NCBI GenBank assembly: GCA_028534125.1
Contig: CM052816.1
Span: 58,344,001 to 58,408,000 of the forward strand
Length of the DNA stretch: 64,000 nucleotides
Direction: 5' to 3'
DNA from: Lama glama
Taxonomy: Eukaryota
Of this stretch, positions 25,778 through 36,970 are shown in pieces (positions within the stretch are counted from its first letter, which is position 1; the number at the start of each line of letters is the position of its first letter). The notes under the pieces are model-generated. The model searched no databases and had not been told where the DNA came from. It saw nothing but the letters and a program-made list of their open reading frames with translations. Both the position numbers and the translations under genes were made by a program.

Positions 25778-26020
25778 CTACAACAAGGATAAAAGCCGAT
25801 GGTGAGTTTTGCCCATTGGAGAAAGGAAAATGCTTCCCTACACATCTCCTAACCTGACTATACCTACCATTTTTTCTTCCACAGAGCTAAAGAACATTTT
25901 GTTTTTTCATTCTACCCACCTGGCAAACCTAATTAATATTGTCTCTAGTCCACAGATGAAAAATCTGAACCCAGATTCACTAGGGAACTTGCCCACAGCC
26001 CCTGAGCAGGAGACAACCCG

Positions 26021-26196
26021 GAGGAGGGTATAGCTCAGTGGTAGAGCACATGCTTAGCATGCACAAGGTCCTAGGTTCAATCCCCAGTATCTCCATTTAA
26101 AAAAAAAGAAAAAAGAAAAAAAAGTCAGTGTCATGAAAGACCAAACAAAAACCAAGGGACAATAAAGGAGACTAAAGAGATAATTTAAAAAAAAAA
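26021..26196 (+). mobile_element. Vic-1-type SINE (26021-26123) with an extra 3' segment and second A-tail, inserted into a MIR
   Basis: tRNA-Ala(AGC)-like head with A and B boxes, A-tail, ~60 nt extra, AATAAA 26161, TTT, second poly(A); MIR halves on either side. Confidence 0.8.
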
Positions 26197-28139
26197 GAGA
26201 GAGAGATGGAACCTGATTTGAAACCAGGCATTCCTGACCTGAAAGCCTGCTCTCTTTGCCTTATGTGATGCTGCTTCACACACATTAAAGTCTTAGATCT
26301 GTGCACACGCTGTTCCCACTGTGTGGGTTCCCACCTCCTTCTCAGTCACCTGTTAAGCCCTGCTTATCCAAGCCCTGCCTGCTGTATGTGGCTTTCCCTG
26401 ACCTGCTTAGGCCTTTTCATTATTAATGACACTTACTGGTATTAATAGAGCAATGCTTGCTCATCTGTGGTCCAAGAGTATTCCACCTACCCTTCCAACA
26501 TGGCACCTGACAGACTCTATTTCAGTAATTTATACATGTCTGTCATCTCCTCTATACTGTGAGTTTCTTGATGGCATAAACTGTGATTTATGCATCTTTC
26601 ACCACTCAATAAATGTACTGAAGTAATGCCTTTTTTTCACTGTTGCTGAAAAATTCCAGTAACTATCAAAAACAAACTCTTAAAGGTACAATACCTTTAA
26701 GATGGGGGAAAAAAACACGATTATCTACATCTAAGATTTAGCAGACTATGACCAAAAAGAAAGAAACCTCACGTAATAAATTAAGAAGGACTTAATTATA
26801 GCCTGAGAAATTCTAACAAGAAAAAGAAAGAAAAATCATTTAGTGCTAAATGCCAACCTGATGATCCCTTAGGAATCACTTATTGATCCTACTTCTTTGG
26901 GTTGATTTTGTTTTTCTTCAAGTAATAAAAAAAAAAGCTTTTATTAGAATAATGAACATTAATCTAAAACACAGCATAGAAATGACTTATTCATTACATC
27001 AAAGCTCTGCCTTAAATAAAATATTATTCAACAGAAAGTGGTAATTAAATTTTTCACCTCCAATTATTCCACCCCCAGAGTTAGATTCTTGGTTCTCTTC
27101 TTCCCAAAAAATTCAATGTAAAATAGCATTCAGTCCAGGCAATAACTAGTTATAAGAGGTGTCTGGATATTTAAAGATGTAAAAAGGAATAAACAACCAA
27201 TATCCTATGTTCATTTTCAGGGAACTGACTGATACCAACTGAAAAAGTAAAGATTTGTCATTCGTTAATATTTATTCAACACTCAAAAATGCGTTTGAAA
27301 CTGTGATATGTATAATGATGATAAAAGCCCAAGAGAAAATGGAAACAGCTCATTCTATTAATAACAAGTTCAGAAGATAAACAAAAGATAGCACAAAAAG
27401 CTCCTTTAAAAACTTGTCTTATTACTATGCATTTTTTTTTCAACCACTTTAAGCTAATGAAAGCTATGGCACCTCAATCCCACATTATGTGTGAAACCTA
27501 CAAAGCCTTTTCTCAATTTTCCGTAAAACGAGCAACAGAATTTAGAATTCTCAAGCAAATGAAGCTGCTACTGCTTCTTCTACCCGTAAACACGGCCTTT
27601 TAAAGGCAGGCTCCTGAACAAGATTCAGTTCTCTAGGAGAACTGCCGACTTCTCCGGCTGCTGTGGTGCTCCTCTCTAAGGTACAGGGTAAATCTGAATC
27701 CCCTGAACACTGTCATGCTGATCTTTAGACAAAATCTTCTCTCAAAAAGTTAGCATCATTTTGCTATTATGATACTGCCTATACTCCCAAAAAGATGCTT
27801 TAAATTTTTAATCATATCTTTACTCATTCTTTGAAGAAAAATAAACAAGAACTACCCAGGAAAGTTTACACCCTATGATAGCTATCACATGTTGCTAGAG
27901 AAATGTTAAAGAATAATAAACCTTTTGAATAATGCCTCGAGACTGATTATGTTTGAAATGGCAGCTCTTCGGGCAGCTCTAAGCCTCAATAAAAGTTATC
28001 AAAAATTAACACAGTTGTTTGGAAAATAAACTTATTTAACATCAAAGTATAAGTTCCTTTTAAACATACTCTGTTTAATAAATTTGCGTTACTATTCTAA
28101 AACTAAAGATTCTTTGACAGACTTCTGAAGCAATAAACT

Positions 28140-28510
28140 TACTTTTTAAGATATAATTCATATACCATAAAATTTCACCATTTAAAAGCATACAATTCAG
28201 TCTTTTTTATTATAGCGACATGGTTGTGTGACCATTACCACCACTTAATTCCAGAACATTTCACAGCTCTCAAAAGAAACCCCATACTCATTAGCAGTCA
28301 CTCTCCATTCAATCTGCTTCCTGGTCCTTTGCAACAACTAATCTACTTTCTGTCTGTATGAATTTGCCTACTGTATATATTTCATAGACATGGGACTGTA
28401 CAGTATTTGTCCTTTTGTGTCTACCACAATGTTTTCAAGGTCCATCCATGTTGAATGATGTGTCAGAACTTCATTCCTTTCATGGCTGAATAATACTCCA
28501 CTGTATATAT
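28140..28510 (-). mobile_element. L1MB-type 3' region, antisense
   Basis: agatataattcatataccataaaatttcaccatttaaaag..ttcattcctttcatggctgaataatactcc. Confidence 0.8.
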
Positions 28511-28769
28511 ATAACAGTTCTAGAATTTCCTTGACATTCTTCTTTTTACCTAGTTAATATTCTTGGACTTTACTTATGTAATGGAACATTTTGTTGTAAG
28601 GTGTGCTAATTACCCATGTCTTTATCCACTCTTTCTCGCTTTGAGGTCTAGGGTCATGTTGTGACATAAGCACTGGAAACTGATGACTGCACTACTGAAA
28701 ATCACTGAAATGGAGCTGACCAAAGGGGAGGTGAGGAAGACCCAAGGACGACATAATCAACTCCTCAGT

Positions 28770-29512
28770 GCCTGCATCACGGGAAGGTGGCCAGTGAGGT
28801 TGCAAGGGTCTCACTCTCAGAAGTGCCCTGTGCTTGGGAGTTTAATGCTCAGTGGTCACCCTACTGAAATTCTACCTAATTTTATCCTTGAATTTGTGTT
28901 CCATAAGTGAAGTTTGATGGGACAGTGGAGGGTGTGTGTTGAGGTTTAGAGCCTCAGCTCTTGCCCGGTCTACTTCCCACCAGCTCCCTGGGATGGGTTC
29001 TTGGTTCCCTGCTTCCGAACCAACTAATGCCTGGGTCCTGGGTCCTGCCCTACCTCCCTGTCCAGTGACTGTTACATCTGCTTACGGTGGGGGCCTGGCA
29101 CAGGCAAAGGGTCAGAGGTCAGCTGTGCACCCTGTGGTGTCTCAGGGAGAAGCGCAGCAGCACCATCCCTGTCCTGGGCTGGCAGCGCTGAGGTGCTTCT
29201 CCAATAGGCGGCTCGGTGGGGCCAGAGGGAGCTAAAGCCTAGCCTGCCACCCACTCCCCATCCAGGTACCAAGCACATTCTTGCATGGAGCTGCCCATCC
29301 TCTGGGGTCGTGGTGGGCCCACTGGAAGCTGGGACGCATGAGGGGGGAGCATGTCGTTAAATAAATAAAAATACCATGACAGGTAAATGAACCACAGAAG
29401 AAAGGAAAATGTTTTGTATTTTAGTACTTTAACAGTACTTTCCTCCTCCTTTCTGAACAAAGGGTCCCATATTTTCATTTTGTACTGGGGTGTGCAAATC
29501 ATGTAGCTGCCA
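28770..29512 (+). mobile_element. MER45B/C-like hAT-Tip100 element
   Basis: 5' ctcagaagtgccctgtgcttgggagtttaatgctc and 3' gaacaaagggtcccatattttcattttgtactggg..aaatcatgtagctg match MER45 ends. Confidence 0.7.
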
Positions 29513-29849
29513 TACCAGTGATTCATAAAGCTTGCTAGTATTAAAAATTTAGAGCACCACTCATAGCTATTCTAATTTAGGAAATGGTGAATGTAACCTT
29601 TTTTAAAAGATAATGTTTTCACTAGACTCAGAAAGTCAAAAGTCTCTCTTTCATCCTGTCTCATCTCCTCTGCATTTAAATACTTACTGTATCTTTTCCA
29701 GAGTTTTTTTCTGCATATACAAATTTACAAACGTATAATTACCTCCATTTTACACAAAAGTTAACACACTATGTGTAAGCACCTTGCTGTTTTCACTAAA
29801 CAATTTATTGACTTATTACAGACCTTGAGTCAAACAATAATACAGCTGA

Positions 29850-31100
29850 GGTAGAAGAAAAGATATGTTAAGAGCTAAAACTACAAAACTATTAGAACAA
29901 AACAAAGGATTAAATCTTTGTGACCTTGGAATAGGCAATGCCTTCAGATATGACACCAAAAGCACAAGCAAAAAGAGAAAAAATATATAAAAACTGGACT
30001 TTATCAAAATTTAAAACTTTCATGCTTCAAAGGAAAATACCATCAAGAGGATGAAAAGACAAACGAATGAACAAAAGTGAATCATTTATCTGATAAGAAA
30101 ATTCTATCCAGAACATATAAAGAATTCTTAAAACTCAATAAAAAGACAATAAACCAATTAAAAAGTGGGCAAGTATTCAGTTGACCAGTTATACAAATGG
30201 CCAACAAGCACATGAAAGATGCTCAGTGTAATTAGGAAAATGCAAATCAAAATCATAACAAGGTACCACATCACACCCCACAGGGATGGCTAACATCAAA
30301 CAGACACCCAATAGCAAGTGTTGGCAAGGATGCAGAGAAATCAGAACCCTCACACACTGCTGGCAAGAATGTAAAATATGTTCTGGACAGCTTGGCTGTT
30401 CCTCCAAATGTTAACCTTAGAGTTACCCTAAGACCCAGCAATTATACTCATGGGTTTACATCCAATAGAAATGAAAATATATCCACATAAAAACTTGTAC
30501 ATAAACCTTCATAGCAGCATTATTCATAATATCCAAATAGTGGAATAAACCCCAAATGTCTGTCATCAACCAGTAAATGGATAAATAAAATGCAGCCTAT
30601 CCATACAATGAAATATTATTCAGCCATAAAAAGGAATGAAGTTACTCCTCAAAAAATTAAACAGAATTACCACATGATTCAGCAATTCCACTTCTGAGTG
30701 TAACCAAAAGAAATGAAGCAGGGACTCACATAGATATTTGTATATACTCATGTTCACAGCAGCATTATTCCAAATAGCCGCAAAGTGGAAGCAACCCAAA
30801 AGTCCACCTATGGACAAAAAGACAACATGTGGAATGTACACCTCCACTGCCCTGGCAACCACGCTTCATAGACAAAGTAGAACCATGGCTGCCAGGGAAG
30901 TGGAGGTGGCGGGGGGTGGGGGGAGGGATAGGGAGTTAGTGTTCAATGGTACAGTTTCAGTTGGGGATGATGAGAAAGTTCTGGAGATGAGTGGTGGTGA
31001 TGGTTGCACAACAAGCTGAATTTACTTAATGCCAGAGTACTGTATGCTTAAAAGTGGTTAGAATGGTAAATTTTGTGTTATGTAAATTTTACTTCAAGCA
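29850..31100 (+). mobile_element. L1MB-type ORF2/3' UTR, composite of two overlapping segments
   Basis: L1 ORF2 C-terminal pattern; the gacccagcaatt..ttcatagcagcattattc block appears twice (30430-30640 and 30670-30835). Confidence 0.85.
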
Positions 31101-31146
31101 AGACTATGTTCTTACATAAAAGAAGGAAAAAAAATTATGATCTTAC

Positions 31147-31260
31147 CAAGGGGGGTCCTCCCAAGAAAATGGTACCTTGCTTGCGTACAATGATGTTTTC
31201 ATCAGCCATTGCAGGCAAGTAAGCTCCTCCTGCTGTACAGAAGCCCATGACCACTGCTAT
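31147..31260 (-). CDS. MCCC2: MCCC2 exon 7 [38 protein letters not shown]
   Basis: Acceptor TTCCAG, donor TTG|GTAAGA, 114 nt. Confidence 0.97.
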
Positions 31261-31685
31261 CTGGAATCCAAGCACACAGGAAACTCATGCAGCACAGCTC
31301 AAACAGTGAATTACAGCCTCTGGCTCTATACAGTCCACAAGCACTGCAATACCAGGGGCGACTGCTGGCTTGCCCCTGGATTTCATTTAAAAAATGGAGT
31401 CCTCTGAGTGTTTAGAATAACTTCCCAATTCTATATGAAAGCATTTTGAAGGGTTTCTGCTCAATTCTGCTGTGAACCAGAAACTGCTCTAAAAGAATAA
31501 AGTCTATTTTAAAAAAAAAGCATTTTGAAGAGCTTATGTAACACTTTATAAAGTTTGTGGACAATCTCCCTGTCAAGGAGAAGACTGGTCAGACAGACCG
31601 TTAGTCTGAGCAACTAATGGAGAGAAGAAACTCAAAATCCCACCATAAATTAGCAAAACTATATTAAAAAGGTAACTTTTAGAAG

Positions 31686-31901
31686 GGATAGACGGGATTT
31701 CAAAATTGTAGAATAGATAAATAAGATTATACTGTATAGCACAGGGAAATATACACAAGATCTTGTGGTAGCTCACAGAGAAAAAAATGTGACAATGAAT
31801 ATATATATATGTTCATGTATAACTAGAAAATTGTGCTCTACACTGGAATTTGACACAATATTGTAAAGTGATTATAAATCAATAAAAAATGTTAAAAAAA
31901 A
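31686..31901 (+). mobile_element. Young camelid-type L1 3' end
   Basis: Same family as 1841-2003; A-tail; degenerate TSD aaaaggtaactttta / aaaagataccttttaa. Confidence 0.85.
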
Positions 31902-32579
31902 GATACCTTTTAAATCTAATAATGAGTCCTCTAAATAACTGCCACTTAGCTCATAGGAATACTGAAATAATTCTCCAAATGAATGTTGTTAATTTTGTGT
32001 TACACTGAATATGATACTTTCTAAATATAAAACTAATGTTAGCATTGCAGCTAAAAATCCTGCTCAAAAGAAAGTAAACTGTGTAGAAATTGGGTGACGT
32101 ATATATACATGAGGGTTCACAGTACTATTTTCTCTACTTTTGTGTGTTTGAAGTTTTCCATAATATAAGCTAAAAAAAATCTTGCTTAGAAATTGGTACG
32201 ACGCAAAGAATAAATATGGATTTGCCAATTACCCCTTGATAGGAACAAATATCACAAACAAAAATAAGAAAAGTATATACTGAATATTTTCTTAAATTAT
32301 CATATGAAAGCTGTTTTTGCTACAAATTCCAATATCCTACCAGTTTTCCTTCTAGTCATACAAATAGTTGTTTTGGAAAAAAAAAAAAAAACTCACAGTA
32401 GTATTCATCCAGGAATGAAAGGCAACATGAGTAAACCTTTTTCCATCTAAATGGCTGTCAGTCACAAAAGCATTTTTCCCTCTTTCATGTAATGTTATTT
32501 AAAATGGCTGTAACATTTCTTTTCAATATACTACAGAAATGTTTGTTACTTACTGTTTTACTTATCAATCACCCAGAAG

Positions 32580-33235
32580 TTTTTTTCTTCCAGTTTTATT
32601 GGGATATAATTGCTATACAGCACAATATAAGGTTAAGGTGTACAGCATAATGATGTGACCTACACACATGGTGAAATGATTATCTCAGTAAGTTTAGTTA
32701 ATATCCATTATCTCATATAGATATAAAATTTTAAAAATAGAAAAAACATATTCTTCTTATGATTAAAAAAAACCTCTTAGGACTTACTCCTAATGACTTT
32801 CATATATAACACAGAGCAGTGTTAATTATCATACTAAACATTATATCTCTAGTACTTATTTATCTTACAAATCAAAGTTTGTACCTTTTGACTGCCTTCA
32901 TCCAATTCTCTTTCCACCCATCCCCTGCCTCTGGTAAGTACAAATTTTATTTCTTTTTCTGTGAGTTTGTTTGTTTGATTGTTTGAAATATAATCAACCT
33001 ACAACATGATGATAGTTACTATTCTACAACACAGGGGTTTGATATTTCTATACATTTCAAAATGATCACCAGGATAAGTCTAGTTACAGTACGTCACCAA
33101 ATAAAGATATCACATAGTTACTGACTATATTCCCCACACTGTTCACTTCACACCGTGACTCATTTATTTTGCAAATAGAAGTTTGTACCTCTTAATCTCC
33201 CTAACCTATTTCTTCTCCCCTCCTTGTCCTGCCTC
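32580..33235 (-). mobile_element. L1 (L1MA9-like) 3' end, antisense
   Basis: ttccagttttattgggatataattg..tttgtaccttttgactgcc; related to 2017-2560. Confidence 0.75.
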
Positions 33236-34143
33236 CCTGCAGAAGTTTATTTTAAAGATATCTATGGCTAGAAAAACTCTAGCCCATAAGCCAAGGATAC
33301 ACTCACCATAGCAGTCTTTATAATTGCAAAAATATGCAAATAACCAACATGTCCATCAATACAACATTTTGAAATGATAAATGAATTGTGATAAATGAAT
33401 TTAAAAATTTGAGGCAAAAACATAACAAATGAAAGATTAGTACTTCATAAATTCAAGTGGAGGGTACCTGAGTGTTCTGTTCTATTATTCTCTGTACTTT
33501 CTACAAGTTGGAAATATTTTATGGACTTTTCTTTAAATTTCTATTAGGAGCAAAGGGCACAGTTTCACCTTATCACCTTGTTCTCTGTACTAGAACACTA
33601 GAAACCACTCTAACTATTTCAGTATCCAAAAAAAGTCAAGGAACTAAAGAAGAGTCACAATGACATGTGTATAAAGGTGGATAATTTTCAAAAATAATCC
33701 CTAAAGACCTAAACACACAGAGCAAGCGTCCATGAAAATGACAGTTAAGCAATAGGAGAGAAAAGAATTAGCAACGGCCATCAAGTAGTGTTCCAAGACC
33801 AAGGATGGGGGCAGGGATGGGAATGGAGGGGACAAAGAGGAGGAATTATTTTGTCAAGATGTCTTAAGACAAAATGAGGAAAATAAAACTAAACGCCATC
33901 CCGCCATCTCAGGGTGGAGAAAAGATGTGCCAATTTCATAGAAAAGGCTCTCAAAATGAACAGCTGACAAATAATTAGCACATCTACATCAGGGAATTTT
34001 ACTGTATTCCCTAGAACACTACAAATGCAGAACACATTTCTCCACAGAACCTCTGCAGTCAAGGAAATCAGCAATCCACTTCTCTGACACCAGCTAATAC
34101 ATCACAAATGGACAAGACTTTTGCTCAGTAAGGGGTAGGAGAC

Positions 34144-34632
34144 TGTGGCAAGCAGCTTCTAAAACGGCCCTCTTGTAATCCTAGACTCTTGGTATTCACG
34201 TCCTGTGTGATCCCGTCCCCTGGAGTGTGAGGTGGACCTGATGACATGCTTCTAATGAACAGAATATGGCAAGAGATGGGATGTAACTGCTGTGCTCAGT
34301 TAACTGGCCCCCTCTCTTGCCTACTTGCTTGCTGGCTTCGATACAGCCAGGTAACACGCTGTGACATGCTGTATGGAGAGGCCCACATAGCAGAGAACCC
34401 ACAACAGCTTGTAAGGAACTGAGGGAAGCCTGCAAAGGACTGAATCCTGCCAATAGCCAAGTGAATGAAGTGTGGGGACGGTGCTGGAGAGGATGACAGC
34501 CACGTGACCCAGCTAAGGGCAAAGCTCAAGATCCCTCTAAGCTGTGCTCACAGAAACTGCAAGATAATAAGCGCTATTGTTTTAAACTCTGAAGTTTGGG
34601 GGTAATTAGTTCTGCCGCAATAGATAACCAAC
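34144..34632 (+). mobile_element. MLT1F-like MaLR LTR
   Basis: tgtggcaagcagcttctaaaacggcc..ggtattcacg..gagtgtgaggtggacctg..gcaatagataaccaaca. Confidence 0.8.
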
Positions 34633-34829
34633 AGAGATCCAAAACCACCTCCCTTAAGTGACTGCAGCTGAAGCACATCTGAAGCCCTGGGACAGTCCTT
34701 GTTCACCAGTACTTTGCTGTTGCTGTTCTTCAATGTATCTACCTGTGAACTGTTCCTCTACCCCAGAGATGGGAGACAGACTATATTAGCATTCCATACC
34801 ACCCCAGAGAGTGAGGGAAAACCAAGATT

Positions 34830-35165
34830 AAGACATGGATAAACCATAAAAACCCTCTGCTAAGTGAAAGAAGCCAGACACCAAAGAGCACTTATTGTAT
34901 GATTCCATTTAAATGAAATGTCCGAAAGAGCAAATCGACAGAGACAGAAATTAGACTAGTGGTTACCAGGGGCTGGAGGGATTGGGTAAATATGAGTAAC
35001 TGCCAATAGGTAGGGCATTTCCTTCTGGGGTGACAAAAGTGTTCTAAAATTGATTTAACCCTGTAAATATTCTAAAAACCACTGATTTGTACATATTAAG
35101 TGAGTAGATTGTATGGTAGTGGAATTATATCTCAATAAATTACATCTCAATAAAACTGTTAAAAA
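34830..35165 (+). mobile_element. L1MB-type 3' end
   Basis: tgctaagtgaaagaagccagacaccaaag..tattgtatgattccattt..atctcaataaaactgtt. Confidence 0.8.
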
Positions 35166-35399
35166 TCGTTTAAAAATACACAGGAGCTAAGTAGAGTTAC
35201 TAAGTACACAGGAATCAAAATCCTCAAATTTTTCATCAGTAAGAGAGGCTATTCGAGTCACAAGTAGCTGACAGACAGAAGACTTAATACTGCTAATATA
35301 AATTCTGACAACAGAAATAAAAACTAAATAAAAGAACACAGTTATTAAGTCACCAGTCACACAATCTCCTCTTCATTTAATTCTGAGCCCTTCGCTCAC

Positions 35400-36300
35400 T
35401 CACAAAATAGAGTGAATGTGTACCAAGAAGAGATCTGCCACTGTGTCTGCTGCTGCGGCTCACAAAGCACGGGGCTCCCAGGGCCAAAACAGCACCGAGG
35501 ACTTACCATGTCCCGAAGCAACCGTCTGTGGTACAATGAAGACCTTACATGGGGCCATGCTGGACAAATGATCTGGAGTCCAGAAAGAAAATTCTGCTGC
35601 TTTCTCGGGACATAAGGAAGATGTGTGACCCTCAACTGTTCTGACCATTCTCAGGGTATACATTTGGCTGTGCTGGAGGCACAGCCCAGGCACCAGGTCA
35701 GAAGAAACATCACGCAGCCCCTCAGTGGCATCAGAATCAAAGAGAATTCACACAAGCTCCACTGAGAGGCCACGGTCCACCCCGTCATCGGTGAGGTTAG
35801 CTTGTTCTGGGACATGGACAAACCAAGAGATCCCTCTTGCAGGGTGACAAGACCCATGACGACTCACAGACTTGGATTAAGAGCAAGAAAGCAGCAGATG
35901 TGTAACTGACAGTATCAATCTTTGTCATCACCACCACGGAAGGCACAGCAGAAGTTTTGAGGAAAAAGAAATGAGAGGCTATAAAATAGAAGTAATAGCC
36001 TGAGAAAACTTTGAACAAAATTTCATTACCCTCCAAGTCTTGCCTGCACAAATAGAGACTGGTTCTCATTGCTCCAAAAACAAATTACATACTGCAGGTC
36101 AGCAGCCTGCCCTACAGAAAGGGTCTCTGAGACGGAGTCAAGAGGTTTTATACCAAATTCTGAGAAACTATGTGAACTCTCGACCTCCATCTTCCCACTG
36201 AAAAATTGCAGAAGACTATCCAGTTCAAAGGTTCACTGTGATAAATGTAACAGAACCTGGCGGAGGTGGGGGTGGTGTTTAGTTGCCTGATGGAAAAGCC
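35400..36300 (+). mobile_element. Ancient RTE-clade LINE (L4/RTE-X-like) reverse-transcriptase fossil
   Basis: Degraded collinear RT motifs across frames: GSQGQNSTED (~GFRxGRSTxD), KTLHGAMLD (~KPLYxAFVD), PSTVLTILR, CVTDSINL (~LYADDIVL), ITYCRS (~FTYLGS). Confidence 0.55.
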
Positions 36301-36794
36301 ACTGAAACTATAATAATACATTTTTAAATCTCTCATCTTACTTCTTTTTTAATTCAAAATAGGGAAAGCAAATACTACCTGTATCATAATTTTTTCTTGT
36401 TCTACCTTAGAAGCCACCATTAAAACATAAAAACACACACGTATCAATTCAATTGCTGGAGTTCAGAATTTAAGAACATTATCAACCATACCAGCTGATC
36501 ACATGGCTGATCCTAGAATACTCATGCATATCTGTGCTCACTCGATAGGATGAAATGTACACAGAAAACAAAAAGTCTGTCTTATCCAGAACATTCTATT
36601 TCTTCCTCAGTCTTTTCATCAGAGAGCCTCAAAGTAATCAGAGTGGTTTCTTCTAACTTCTGGCCCCAAATGGCTTCATGAGCAGGTTGAAACACATTTT
36701 AAATAATAATTTATAGTGTTTATCCTAACTGAGGCCCTCAAAACAATTACCAAGGTCTGAGGCAAAAAAAAAAAAATTTCAAAAATAATAAGCT

Positions 36795-36970
36795 ATGTAT
36801 AGCACAGGGAACCATATTCAATATCTTATAGTAACCTATAATGAAAAACAATATGAAAACAAATATATATATGTATACGTATGACTGAAACATTACACTG
36901 TACACCAGAAATTGACACAACATTGTAAACTGACTATACTTCAATTAAATAAATAGATAAACAAACAAAC
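36795..36970 (+). mobile_element. Camelid L1 3' end
   Basis: tgtatagcacagggaaccatattcaatatcttatagtaacc..acaccagaaattgacacaacattgtaaactgactatacttcaatt. Confidence 0.85.

Noticed and set aside
26024..26095. tRNA-Ala(AGC)-like sequence (also at 4900-4978, 11810-11870, 50848-50925, 55290-55356, 62415-62488)
   Set aside because: A-rich tails, TSDs, stem mismatches and multiple diverged copies mark these as tRNA-derived SINEs, not tRNA genes
35507..35590. Resemblance of the cryptic exon to exon 7 (tggaYtccagAT acceptor; shared TCATTGTAC) suggesting an exon duplication
   Set aside because: The similarity is short and gapped, and the region is better explained as the antisense strand of an RTE-type RT fossil; probably chance
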